Shown: in pieces, positions 45,360 through 55,196 of the stretch | How the letters are laid out: every line of letters begins with the position of its first letter | Position numbering within the stretch: position 1 is the stretch's first letter | From: a virus | Direction: 5' to 3' (one strand) | DNA: 64,000 bases | Virus record (IMG/VR): IMGVR_UViG_3300029258_001308 | Coordinates: 1 to 64,000 of that record | The notes under the pieces: model-generated | The model's database searches: none | What the model was told of the DNA's origin: nothing | The model's input: the letters and a program-made list of their open reading frames with translations, nothing else | Translations under genes and position numbers: made by a program

Positions 45360-46756
45360 GACTGTTCTCCAGCTCTCTCTGTCTGAGCCTGAGCATGGCG
45401 TGGCTCAGCGTTGATCCAATCGCTCTGGGTGGTCTCGCTAAGAATCCAAGCACATTCCTTGAGCCAGACCTTCTTGAACATACAGAGTGCAGGGTCGGAG
45501 TTGTGGATGTCTCCGGTGTGTTGCTTCGAGACTACTCGACACCCTCCACCACAGTAGTTCCGTGCCCAGCACGATGGACACTTCGTTCGACAGTACCACC
45601 TGTTGTCCTTCCACTCTTCTCGAGCTTGCTCGCTGATTCCATAGGCTAGACTTCCGATGGGGTCCACGCCCTCACGGTGACACGGCAGGATATCACCGCT
45701 AGGATTCACGGCGTAGAATCCCCAGGCAGCTCCACACTCGGAAGGCTGTGGCATTCTCCGAGCCAGCCGTCTCAGCGTGGCTTCGAAGTGGAAGAACCGA
45801 GGATTGTAGCTGGTCTTCCTACGAGACACGAACCACTCGGCGGCCTCGTAGTACTGTCTATTGACAAGCTCTCGATGTTCGTCCGAGGTCCCGAAGATCA
45901 TCTGCTTCTCGCCGATATTGTGGCAGGAGGTCTCGGATAGATTCAGAGGCTCGACGGATACTGATCCCGCCATCCCCTTCCTCACCAACTCGTTGAGGAA
46001 CTCTAACCTCGAGACCAGCTGAACGTCGTCGGCCCCGAATGTTGCTCGAAGCGTGGTCCTCTTAGCCAAGCCAGGATAGTCAAGCATCTTTTCGAGGGCC
46101 TGCATCGTGCTCTCCCAGGAATTGAAGGTGTCTCTCCTGGCCGGGCGATTCTTGTTGTGGATGTCCTCAGGTCCATCTATCGAAATGATCATGGAGAAAT
46201 TCTGCTGACTGAGGAAGTCGAGCTTTTCCTTATCGAGACATGTCCCGTTAGTGGTGATATGAAGATTCAGGTACGACTGCCTCATCTCGGCTAATGATCG
46301 TGCGTACAGGGCTCCTTCCTTGACAAGCTTCCACGACTTGGGAAGAGTGGGCTCCCCACCGAAGAAAGAAATCCCGAAGCGGCCCCTCTTACCAAGCTGA
46401 GGAATACCGTTGAAGTAGTGATCGATCGCCTGTTGAAGAACAGTGGGTGTCATGTACTTGAGTTCCTTCGTCGCGGAGTAGTGACGAACGAAGCAGTAAC
46501 GACATCCGAGATTGCAGTCATGGCAGACGTTCAGACAGAGCTGTACCGGGAACGGCCTGACGAAGTAAGGAAAGTTGGGGGCGTCGAAAGAAGCAGCCGG
46601 CTCGGTATCCCACTCCTCTAATTCGAAGAGCTCCATCGAGTTGGGATCGTAAGCTAACCTCTTCCCATGGGTGCGAAGAACGTGTATCCTAGCGTTCTCG
46701 GCGGGGTATCGTTTGAGGCGGGGGGACTTCTCCACCGCAGGGTTCAAGGACTGCAT
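45320..46756 (-). CDS. Radical SAM/SPASM peptide maturase (CteB/SCIFF-like thioether-forming)
   Basis: CHDCNLGCRYC, FFGGEP, ITTNG, ISIDG, SPASM CGA...V.P.GDILPCH...CPSCWARNYCGGGC...C. Confidence 0.9.
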   Translation of the reverse strand: MQSLNPAVEKSPRLKRYPAENARIHVLRTHGKRLAYDPNSMELFELEEWDTEPAASFDAPNFPYFVRPFPVQLCLNVCHDCNLGCRYCFVRHYSATKELKYMTPTVLQQAIDHYFNGIPQLGKRGRFGISFFGGEPTLPKSWKLVKEGALYARSLAEMRQSYLNLHITTNGTCLDKEKLDFLSQQNFSMIISIDGPEDIHNKNRPARRDTFNSWESTMQALEKMLDYPGLAKRTTLRATFGADDVQLVSRLEFLNELVRKGMAGSVSVEPLNLSETSCHNIGEKQMIFGTSDEHRELVNRQYYEAAEWFVSRRKTSYNPRFFHFEATLRRLARRMPQPSECGAAWGFYAVNPSGDILPCHREGVDPIGSLAYGISEQAREEWKDNRWYCRTKCPSCWARNYCGGGCRVVSKQHTGDIHNSDPALCMFKKVWLKECAWILSETTQSDWINAEPRHAQAQTERAGEQSCTRCDSSEKPAG

Positions 46757-46792
46757 TGTTCTACTCTCCTTTCTTTCTCAACGCCTCTTTAG

Positions 46793-49700
46793 TTAGGGCG
46801 AGGAGATTGAGTCAACCTTGGCATTGTCAGTGTAGCCAGGTCCTTGTACATTCAGACCGAGAGAGTGGCTCGAGTACTCTCCAGCGACGGCCACGCTTCG
46901 AACAGCCGAGTGTCCGTCGAACTCGGCCTTGACCTGAGTTGGTGTGATGATGAGCTTCAGCGTCCCCGATTTTGAGAAGAGATCAGTCGTCCAGCTTCCT
47001 GCCCACACGGTCACGTCGGCGTAACCCGAGACCGAGATTCTAGCACCCGTGCGTCCCTCGAAGTACCATTCAGGTTCCTCTCCTTGCCACCGGCCCTGAA
47101 TCAACGCCCACGCGGTCAAACCCTTCCCGCCTTTGACCGAGCCCCAAGCAATATCTGCACTGTAGATCGGGTCGTAGGGATAACCAGAGTATTGTGCGAT
47201 ATAGCACGGGAGTGTGAAGGTGGCTGATTGATCGGGGTTCCTTCTCTGATCCGCCCAACTAAGGCTGCCACTCGAATTCCCCGCCTTGAGCTTTACCTCC
47301 CCGCCGACGATTTCGAAGACGGGTGTCTCGGCGTCAATCCAGAGTGAGAGGTCACCGCTGAATCCATCGTTCGGCCACGTCCCGTACTCGTAAGGCTCGG
47401 TCGAGACACCCTGAGTCTCAGCTGATCCGGAGGTACAGTCGTGATCACAGGTCGTCTCGCATCCGGTGGACTCGCACTGCGACTCGCAGTACATCTCGCA
47501 GCAGGTCTCTTGACCAATGGCTCCGCCCGGGAGCATGATCATGCAGAAGACCATGCAAGCCTGGAGTGCGCAAGGAGGCCCGCCCTGATCTGCGGCCGCG
47601 GCGCAGAGTAGTTCGCACACGTTGACGCAGGACCCTTCACACGCATACTCGCATGTGAACTCGCAGCCGGTCTGAGTCCATATCTCGCAGACCGACTCGC
47701 ATCCCGTCTGACACTCGGTCTCACAGGCGGTAAGACATCCGGCCCAGACAGGAAGACGAAGCTCGAACTCGATCTCGTCCATCTTGGCGTCAGCGCCTGC
47801 ACCGGGACTGTGCCTCAATCCTACTACGTCGCCTTTCTGACCAGAAAGGAAGTAGTCGGTTAGATCGAGAGAGACCCAGTCTCCACGCTGAAGGTCGAGC
47901 TCGGTTAGATAGGTCTTGAAACTTACTCGTCGACGAAGACGCCTCCGCATAGCCAGCCAGAACGACGCGATGCTAGAGACGTACTGCTTCTGGCCGTAGG
48001 CCCAGAAGTCGTATCGCTCGGCCCTTCTACCATAGGCTGCTTCAGCCGCGGTGTCCCGAACCGTCAGCTCCTTCTCTTCACCACGCTCGTTCCATACTGC
48101 CACGATCTCCGAAAGGACGTAATCGAAGTCGTCCCACGAGAGCTTCACTGAATCAACCGTGATCTCGTCGTCACCCGTGATAGTAGCGGCGACAGACCCA
48201 GCGCCGTTCCTGAGGAAGCCGATAGTAGCGAGACCGTCTTCCCACTTGAACTCGGACCGAGCCTGGAAGCCCATGTCAGCACAGAGGTCCATGAGGTTTC
48301 TTTGACTGCCGAGCGCGAAGCCGAACCGCAGCCAGCCAGTCGCGGACTCAACCGATGAGAATGCAGACGTGTCTATCTCCGAGGCGCCCACTCCTCCCCA
48401 GGTCTCGAGGAACTTCTTGATAACGGCGGCGGGATTCTCGATGACAGTTCCCGACCCGTCTCCCACGCTGTCGAGTCCCTCGATGTCAACCTTGATGTCG
48501 TTGGTGGAAATCTGGTAGCCCGGGATGAACTTCGGTGGATTGTAGAACGTGATGGTGGTACAGTTGTGGCCGAGAATCCCGACGAACTGCGAGTCATTGA
48601 GGTTCACATCGTAGTGTTCAGGGTGGATTACGATGTCGCGGTCTTCCTCGGAATCAGCAACCTGACCGATGAGATACGCGTCTTCCCAGTTCGGATTCGG
48701 GATTCCGGGTACTCCACCGCCAAGGCCGATTCGATTGAGAACCGTCTCGGTGTCGGTCTGGAGCGATAGTAGCTTCTTCCCGTGAACATAGACGTTGTTG
48801 ACCCGGGCCGACGGGTACTCGTTCACTATCCAGGTGTACTGATCGAGCAGCCGATAGCACTCAGAGCCCGCGTCATGAGCCGTAGGAATCCCGACGATCG
48901 AGTACCCATGTCCGTAGGGAAGAGTATAGACATGACCGACACATGTAAAAGTATCGCCTTCGATGAACGTCGGCCCTTCAAGCATGAACTCGGGCATGTA
49001 GTAGATGGTCTTCGAAGTGCCGTCGTATCTCCAGATCTTTCTCCACTGCCACCCCGCTGCAGAGTAATCGGGTCTCGGAGTATTGGAGACCGAGATGGGA
49101 ACTTCTCTGAAGGCGGGATTGATGTACCCGGGGACCCAGGTCTTCACGTAGAACCCGGTGTACGCGTTGTCCCCGTCAGCGGGAAGGTCACCGTCTATGA
49201 AGGCGCCGTTGTACTCCGGGTGAGAGCCCTTGACCGTACCAGTGTAGATCGCTTCGCCTCTAGCTAGAACCGTGAAGGTTCGGCCGTCGATGGTACCTCG
49301 AACTACTTCCTCATTGATCCGAAGAGTAAGCTCGGTCCCGGGGGCCATATCCTCGAAACCTTCGATGAACCAGTTATCGATCTGAGATGCCGATACCGGG
49401 TTCATCAATCGCCCAATCTTACCCATTGTGACGTTCACAGGCTCGACCATCTGCGGCTTCCCAACGCAGATGGGAATCATTCGACCCTCGTGATTCTCGG
49501 CGATGTCGGGGAAGTCATCGATCGTGGCCAGCACTCCTACTGTACGATTGTAGTGCACAGCCTTGGAGACGAGGTCAAGCGTGATCTTCCTATTGTTCTC
49601 GTCCCAGTCGAATGGCCCGGAGACGAACCCGTCGATCAGTGTGACAAGGTCAGTCTCGAGAAGCCCGGCCTCGGTCCAGAACTGATACATCGCGACAGGC

Positions 49701-50707
49701 TTGTCCTGGACTTCGATGTCGTCGAAGTAGGAGAGGAGTGAGCGATCGTGGTCCTGGAGTTGGACCTTCATGTCCGTGACCGGGAGCTGTTGATTTCCAC
49801 GGACAATGGCTCGGTCCATGAGACCCCAGTTCACGACTCGTGCGTCCATTCTTCCAACGGCCGCCTTGACTTGGTAGTCGTCGAACGCCTCTCCTATAGC
49901 GAGGAAGGTCTGGCTGATGTTGCCGTCGAACTCGGTCAACCACGGACCGCCGCCATTGTAGTTGCCGACTGCGAGGTTCTTCGTTCCAGTCTGTCGGATG
50001 TGCGTCCCGAGGGAACCCTGCCAAGTTATTGTCTGAGCTACGCCATCGACGTAGATCACGACCTGTTCGTCGGGGGTGGCCTGAGTGAGGTCAACAACAA
50101 TAGCGATGGAGTGCCACGCGTTCAGGGAAGGAGCGGGGAAAGATGCACCCGCCGTGTGGATAGTTGTGCCGACTTTCGTGTCGAGGTTGAACCGGAGGAC
50201 AGTTGGCGTGAGGAAGAAGAGGAGCCAGCCGGTCCCGTTCCCCATCTCCGCGAAACATCCAGCGTCGTTCTCTCCATCGGATAGCGCCTTGGCGTTGATG
50301 ATGAAGGTGAACTTCTGCTCGTTGTCGAGATCGAACCACGCGTCCGTCTTGTCGGTATGGTAGTTGCTTGTACCTCCCGTGAACTTCAGACTGGTCGTAC
50401 CGCCGAATGGATCAGGTGTCGAGGTGTCCCAGATACCGCTGGCTGACAGAGTTAGATCACGAGCGGCCGTACCTTCCTCGTTGTCGGCTGTGACGCCGGA
50501 ACCTTCGTCGAATTTCCACATAGCCCCATCGAGTGAGGCATAGTCTGGAAGGTCAGCCCAGTCGAAGTTCCACGGTACAGTGAACTCGGAATCCGAGAAC
50601 CACCGTGTCCCCAAGGCACCGCCGGCCATGAGCTTGACAAGATTACGAGGCTTAGCCCCAGACGACAGCGCTTCAGCCTGGGCCCCAGATGAAAGTGTCC
50701 GGACCAC
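46793..50707 (-). CDS. Large tail tip/hub protein with LamG-like domain and internal CxxxC-repeat segment
   Basis: Follows the tape measure and distal tail genes; WKFDEGSG...WHSIAIV...FDGNI LamG-like; ENPA..I, AAYGRR, LQRGD tail-hub motifs. Confidence 0.8.
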   Translation of the reverse strand: MVRTLSSGAQAEALSSGAKPRNLVKLMAGGALGTRWFSDSEFTVPWNFDWADLPDYASLDGAMWKFDEGSGVTADNEEGTAARDLTLSASGIWDTSTPDPFGGTTSLKFTGGTSNYHTDKTDAWFDLDNEQKFTFIINAKALSDGENDAGCFAEMGNGTGWLLFFLTPTVLRFNLDTKVGTTIHTAGASFPAPSLNAWHSIAIVVDLTQATPDEQVVIYVDGVAQTITWQGSLGTHIRQTGTKNLAVGNYNGGGPWLTEFDGNISQTFLAIGEAFDDYQVKAAVGRMDARVVNWGLMDRAIVRGNQQLPVTDMKVQLQDHDRSLLSYFDDIEVQDKPVAMYQFWTEAGLLETDLVTLIDGFVSGPFDWDENNRKITLDLVSKAVHYNRTVGVLATIDDFPDIAENHEGRMIPICVGKPQMVEPVNVTMGKIGRLMNPVSASQIDNWFIEGFEDMAPGTELTLRINEEVVRGTIDGRTFTVLARGEAIYTGTVKGSHPEYNGAFIDGDLPADGDNAYTGFYVKTWVPGYINPAFREVPISVSNTPRPDYSAAGWQWRKIWRYDGTSKTIYYMPEFMLEGPTFIEGDTFTCVGHVYTLPYGHGYSIVGIPTAHDAGSECYRLLDQYTWIVNEYPSARVNNVYVHGKKLLSLQTDTETVLNRIGLGGGVPGIPNPNWEDAYLIGQVADSEEDRDIVIHPEHYDVNLNDSQFVGILGHNCTTITFYNPPKFIPGYQISTNDIKVDIEGLDSVGDGSGTVIENPAAVIKKFLETWGGVGASEIDTSAFSSVESATGWLRFGFALGSQRNLMDLCADMGFQARSEFKWEDGLATIGFLRNGAGSVAATITGDDEITVDSVKLSWDDFDYVLSEIVAVWNERGEEKELTVRDTAAEAAYGRRAERYDFWAYGQKQYVSSIASFWLAMRRRLRRRVSFKTYLTELDLQRGDWVSLDLTDYFLSGQKGDVVGLRHSPGAGADAKMDEIEFELRLPVWAGCLTACETECQTGCESVCEIWTQTGCEFTCEYACEGSCVNVCELLCAAAADQGGPPCALQACMVFCMIMLPGGAIGQETCCEMYCESQCESTGCETTCDHDCTSGSAETQGVSTEPYEYGTWPNDGFSGDLSLWIDAETPVFEIVGGEVKLKAGNSSGSLSWADQRRNPDQSATFTLPCYIAQYSGYPYDPIYSADIAWGSVKGGKGLTAWALIQGRWQGEEPEWYFEGRTGARISVSGYADVTVWAGSWTTDLFSKSGTLKLIITPTQVKAEFDGHSAVRSVAVAGEYSSHSLGLNVQGPGYTDNAKVDSISSP
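47435..47737 (-). repeat. CxxxC (Cys-every-fourth) repeat coding segment, 21 Cys in 101 aa
   Basis: CLTACETECQTGCESVCE...CEFTCEYACEGSCVNVCELLC...CCEMYCESQCESTGCETTCDHDC. Confidence 0.95.
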
Positions 50708-51072
50708 TAGCCCACTACCTCCAGTTGAAAGCGGATAGACCAGCCAGAGTCACGATCCTCGGTGAAGTCGAGAGTCGCATTGACGAACTTCACTGTCCAG
50801 TCAACATCGTTGTGATCTCTGAACGTGAACTCCTCCATGATGCCATCGGACGTATTCTCGAAGAAGTCCTCGATGTCATCCTTCTCGTCGTTGGTCAGAT
50901 AGGTCAGACGGATGTCAAGGTACTCGACCTTGATACCCTTGTCGTAGTTGAACCTGGTCCCGCCTCGAGTCCGGCCGAGCACTTGGAACATGGTATGCCT
51001 GTTCATGTTCCCGAACTCTGGAGAACGAGAGATGTCTTTGTCGACGGCACCTTTGATGAAATGGCATCCCAT
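50707..51072 (-). CDS. Distal tail-like protein
   Basis: Between TMP and tail hub; L..L...E...IEDFF...G....FTF.D pattern. Confidence 0.65.
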   Translation of the reverse strand: MGCHFIKGAVDKDISRSPEFGNMNRHTMFQVLGRTRGGTRFNYDKGIKVEYLDIRLTYLTNDEKDDIEDFFENTSDGIMEEFTFRDHNDVDWTVKFVNATLDFTEDRDSGWSIRFQLEVVG

Positions 51073-51075
51073 CGT

Positions 51076-53598
51076 TTATATCCTCCCCCGCTTCCGAGCC
51101 GTGGCAATCTCGGGGATGATGACTGAACGAGTCAGCTCTCTCCCGACAGGCTGGCCAAGCAGCGTGAGATTGATGTCACCTTCGTAGTGGGTCGTGATGT
51201 GAGTCGGAGAATGATGCTCCGTAGTACCACGACCCGGTCCTGCCTCGGCGCCAGGCTCCCGTGTAGTGGGGCTTCCGGCGATCGAGACGCCAAGTTCGCC
51301 AAGGCCTGCCAGCTCTTCCCTCATCTTCGCAATGAAGGCTCGCATCTGAGCCTCAGCTTCTGGTAGCCCAACAAGCTCGACGTTCCACTGAAGATGTCTC
51401 TCAGCAAACGTCTTCAGATCAGAGAGGTCCTTCCGGATATTCTCGAAGGTATGCTGTGCCTCTTCCAGCAGTCCCTTAGCGCCCTCCTCTTGCTCCTCCC
51501 AGGCGATCTCGCCCAGTTCCTGCAGGTCCTTCATTCCCTCGATGGCTGCCTCTCTGAAGTTCTCGACGATGCCGTACCCAGCCTCGCCTTCTGCTATCTG
51601 GACATCAGCAATGTTGCGATAGAGTTCGGCCGACTCCTGCTGAAGTCGAGCGAATTCATCGTAGTCGGATCGAGCCAGTGCAGCGGCAGCTTCTTGAGCA
51701 CGGGTTCTGGCCAGATAGTACTCAGAGACTGCTCGTGTTCCTTCGTCAAGGCCGCCCAACTGCAGGTCAAGGATGGAGCGATCGATGGAACGAGACCAGT
51801 CGGCGTGTCGTTCCTGGAGGTTCTGAAGTCTGTCCTGATGTCCCTTGACCTCGTCGAACTGTTCTTTCAGCGCGTCCCGAAGATAGCTTATCTGGTCGAT
51901 GTAGTTTTTCTTGAAGTCCTGCGTGGCTCTTTTCCAGTGATCTCTCTTCATGGCAAGAACCGCGGCAGCATGTCGCTTCTGTTCTGCGACGAGATTCGCC
52001 TCAGCGTCAGCTATCTTTCTGAGGTACTCCTTCGCAAGTTCTGCGTTCTTCTTTCGTGAAGCCATTCTCTTGATGAGCTCGATGTTGCCTTCCTTCATGG
52101 CCTTGTTGAGAATCTCTTCCTGACGGAGAGCCTCGGCTCGTGCAGCCGCCTGAATCTTGGCTACGTCCTCGTGAGCCTTCATCTCCTTCGGGGCCTTGGC
52201 TATCAGATCGGCGATCTTTTCGTCAAGCTGGGTGTACTTGGCGATGAGCGACCCGACAGCAAAGCCCGCTGCTCCTACCGCGATTCCCATAGCTGCCCAA
52301 GGATGGGCCTTCGCTAGGTTGACCAGGTGAGGCAGGCCGTCCATGGCTGTGAAGGTCAGGCGGAGCAGCTTGTCGGTGAGCCAGACGACCTTCCCACCGT
52401 ACTTGGCTATGAAGCTCACCCCTGTCGAGAGCGCGAAGGTCACGGCCGCGATGGACAAGGCTGTTGCACCCCAAGCCGCAATAGTCGCAGCGTTCTCCTT
52501 GACCCAGCTCATCCACTCGGCCTTGTTCTTCTCTACCCAGTCGGTGAATTCGATGAGCTTCGGTAGAAGAGCCTCGCCGAGTGTGATCATGACGTCCATG
52601 AAGAACGACTTGATCTTCTTCAGCGCACGGCCAGCGGTCTTGGCCATCTTTTCGTACGCCTCTGCCGATGCACCTTGGCTCTTGACGTTTGCTTCGATGA
52701 TACGACCGAACTCGTCAGCCTGCTTTCCAGCCAGGGATGACACGGCTGTGAACGCACGAACATTCGGGAAGAGGGCAGCCAGCGCTTCAACATTATCACC
52801 AGCTGCCTCTTCTATCTCACGAAGAGCGACGCCAAGACCCTTGGACTTGAGAGCTGTAGCCGAGAGCTCGACGCCGAGTTCTTGGGCAATCTCCTGGGCT
52901 TCTTTCGTCGGAGAGATGAAGGTAACGATGGCCTGCCTGACCGCAGTCACTGCTTCGTCGAATTGGATACCACCCTTGGTCAGGGTAGCAAGCGAGGCCG
53001 TCAGCTCTTCGAGTGGGATGCCGGCGGTAGCAGCGATACCCGTCACCCGACCCAACCCGGAAGCCAGCTGTGGGAAGGTCAGCACGCCCTCTTTGACCGT
53101 GGAGAAGAAGATGTCCGAGACCCGCTCAGCCTGATCAGTACCCATCCCGTAGGCGTTGAGTGTCTGGACGATCCCACGAAGAGACGTGTTCACGTCGGTG
53201 ACGCCCGCAATAGCCGCGCGGTTCGCGACGCTCAGGAGCTCGATGGACTCGGTCGCATCAACACCAGCTGACAAGGTGTTGTAGAGCGCGGTGGTCATCG
53301 TACTATGTGACTCGCCGAATTCGACCGACAGCGATCGGACGCCGTCCTCGAGATTCTGCATATCGACGAGTGTCGTGTCCACCAGTGTAGAGACCTCAGC
53401 CATCCCGGTCTCGAAGGAGGTAGCAAAGTAGAGCGCTGCACCTCCGGCTGCACTTAGGGCTAGGGCCATCTTCTTGGAGGCGCTAGCGACTTTGTCAGCC
53501 GTATTCTCGACGGTCTTGGCCACCTTGTCGAAGTTCTCGTAGAACTCCGAGGTGTCAGCGGTGACCTCGGCGACCAGCTTTTCCACGAACGTTGGCAC
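51076..53598 (-). CDS. Tail tape measure protein (TP901-like core)
   Basis: FETGMAEVSTL, LYNTLSAG, A.AG.TD, LNAYG, V.D.F..TV..G; long helical protein. Confidence 0.9.
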   Translation of the reverse strand: MPTFVEKLVAEVTADTSEFYENFDKVAKTVENTADKVASASKKMALALSAAGGAALYFATSFETGMAEVSTLVDTTLVDMQNLEDGVRSLSVEFGESHSTMTTALYNTLSAGVDATESIELLSVANRAAIAGVTDVNTSLRGIVQTLNAYGMGTDQAERVSDIFFSTVKEGVLTFPQLASGLGRVTGIAATAGIPLEELTASLATLTKGGIQFDEAVTAVRQAIVTFISPTKEAQEIAQELGVELSATALKSKGLGVALREIEEAAGDNVEALAALFPNVRAFTAVSSLAGKQADEFGRIIEANVKSQGASAEAYEKMAKTAGRALKKIKSFFMDVMITLGEALLPKLIEFTDWVEKNKAEWMSWVKENAATIAAWGATALSIAAVTFALSTGVSFIAKYGGKVVWLTDKLLRLTFTAMDGLPHLVNLAKAHPWAAMGIAVGAAGFAVGSLIAKYTQLDEKIADLIAKAPKEMKAHEDVAKIQAAARAEALRQEEILNKAMKEGNIELIKRMASRKKNAELAKEYLRKIADAEANLVAEQKRHAAAVLAMKRDHWKRATQDFKKNYIDQISYLRDALKEQFDEVKGHQDRLQNLQERHADWSRSIDRSILDLQLGGLDEGTRAVSEYYLARTRAQEAAAALARSDYDEFARLQQESAELYRNIADVQIAEGEAGYGIVENFREAAIEGMKDLQELGEIAWEEQEEGAKGLLEEAQHTFENIRKDLSDLKTFAERHLQWNVELVGLPEAEAQMRAFIAKMREELAGLGELGVSIAGSPTTREPGAEAGPGRGTTEHHSPTHITTHYEGDINLTLLGQPVGRELTRSVIIPEIATARKRGRI

Positions 53599-53767
53599 GC
53601 TTCTTCCTCTCCTTATCGTCCTCACGGTTGCGCAGGGAATGGTACGCAACCATGTACTGCTGGCTAGTCAACGGCAGCGAGTAGAATCTCTCGAGGTCTA
53701 TCTTGAACCGATCGCATGTCGCAAGAACAAGATAGAGCGTCGTCCTACCGCTGCCGTCTATTCCCCC
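53555..53767 (-). CDS. gpGT-like extension reached by -1 frameshift at GGGGGAA (53761-53767)
   Basis: The -1 frame is open to TGA at 53555 (…CDRFKIDLERFYSLPLTSQQYMVAYHSLRNRE…) and has no start codon of its own near its beginning. Confidence 0.7.
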   Translation of the reverse strand, partial: GGIDGSGRTTLYLVLATCDRFKIDLERFYSLPLTSQQYMVAYHSLRNREDDKERKKRANVRGKAGRRGHR

Positions 53768-54261
53768 TCTCCTACGAGGTCCTCCATCGCGTTCTCGATC
53801 TGGGCCTTCTGCAACCCGGAGACCTCCGAGATCGCCCGCTGCAGAAGGATGATCTCTCCCGTCGTGAGCGGGAAGTCCTTCAACTCCTGGAGGATGGATG
53901 TCGCGAACTGCTCTTTGTTCTTCTCGTCGTTCGGATCACCCTCCGACTCCCACTCGATCTCGGTGTCGGCCCGGAGCCCGTGGTAGATCATGAGAGCCGA
54001 CTCGAGCATGTTGACTCGGCGATTCTCCGTCTTGTACCCGGGGTCCTCTTCGTCGCGATGCTTGGCGACCTTCCCCTCCTTGTCACGGAGTATCTTGCCC
54101 TTTCGGTCACGGGCGAACTCCAGGGGAGGCGTGGGACGAGGAAGACCTCTGCCGAGTTCTTCCATCGCCCCGAACGCCAGCCCCTTGACTCGGAACGTGA
54201 ACTCACCTATTGGGACAGTCTTCTCGGGGAGACTGCCACGCTTCTTTCCACCGTGCTTCAT
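53758..54261 (-). CDS. Tail assembly chaperone (gpG-like)
   Basis: Between major tail and TMP; ends GAG GGG GAA TAG. Confidence 0.75.
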   Translation of the reverse strand: MKHGGKKRGSLPEKTVPIGEFTFRVKGLAFGAMEELGRGLPRPTPPLEFARDRKGKILRDKEGKVAKHRDEEDPGYKTENRRVNMLESALMIYHGLRADTEIEWESEGDPNDEKNKEQFATSILQELKDFPLTTGEIILLQRAISEVSGLQKAQIENAMEDLVGEGE

Positions 54262-54291
54262 CGCTCCTCTCCTCTCAGTGGTCGCGTCCTA

Positions 54292-54771
54292 TTACGCGAC
54301 CTTTTCGAGTGTCGGGCCCGTGACGAACGCGGTCCCGTCAACCGTAAGCGTGTTGTACTCGTCGCCCTCGGCGAACTCGATCGACTCGTAAGCGAAGTCG
54401 TCGAGCGTAACCTTCTCGTCGTCCCCACCGTCGGGGTTGTCGATCGTGAACTCGAGGTTGACTGCGTACACGTCGCTTGCTGAGGTGCTCTGCCAGGCGG
54501 CTGCGTTGCCGATCTGCTTCAGCGCCTCATATGGGGTAGCGGGCTGCCCTGAGCCTCCGATGTACTCCACGAACTTCAGCGTGAAGCTCACCGCAACAGG
54601 GTCCTCGTCTCCCGGTCTTCGATGGTCGAGTGCTCCGCGATCGAGGACGTTGATGAGGTTCTGAGTCTCGCCGACTGTGAGGTCTCCCTCATCCAGTGCG
54701 ACAGTGATCTCCTCAGACCCTCCGTCCTTGATCTTCAGCTCTCCATCTCGGAGATTTCTGGTCAATGACAC
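54292..54771 (-). CDS. Major tail tube protein
   Basis: Position in the operon; GAGGTGA RBS; acidic, beta-rich. Confidence 0.7.
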   Translation of the reverse strand: MSLTRNLRDGELKIKDGGSEEITVALDEGDLTVGETQNLINVLDRGALDHRRPGDEDPVAVSFTLKFVEYIGGSGQPATPYEALKQIGNAAAWQSTSASDVYAVNLEFTIDNPDGGDDEKVTLDDFAYESIEFAEGDEYNTLTVDGTAFVTGPTLEKVA

Positions 54772-54788
54772 TAGCTCTCACCTCCCCT

Positions 54789-55190
54789 CTATGTTCTCTC
54801 AAGAGTCCCTGAAATACGAACCGAGTGTTGCTGAAGGTCCAGCTCATTCGGCACATCGCTAACAGATGCCTCCCTCAGTCTGAGGAACCGTTCTGGAGTT
54901 CCTGCGACCGAGATGTTCTTGTGCTCCAGCATCGAGACCACCGCATCAGAGATGGTGTCGACGCGATATAGAGAAGTCCCGAACTTGCAGAAGACGTTGA
55001 TCTCTACATCGATGTCACGGAACTCGACCTCGGGGCTTCTCATCGCAGCCTGGTCGACATCGCTCATGCTGACCTGAATCCACTCAGAATGATCCTGAGT
55101 CTGGAACTTCGAGCCGGGCCAGTGCACCTCGGTCTCGGTCCAGTTGTCCTTGATATAGGTCCAGAGTGCTTTCTTCGCATCTTCAAGCAT
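54789..55190 (-). CDS. Tail terminator-like protein
   Basis: Synteny; V.WP...F, I.VF motifs. Confidence 0.6.
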   Translation of the reverse strand: MLEDAKKALWTYIKDNWTETEVHWPGSKFQTQDHSEWIQVSMSDVDQAAMRSPEVEFRDIDVEINVFCKFGTSLYRVDTISDAVVSMLEHKNISVAGTPERFLRLREASVSDVPNELDLQQHSVRISGTLERT

Positions 55191-55196
55191 GGCTCT

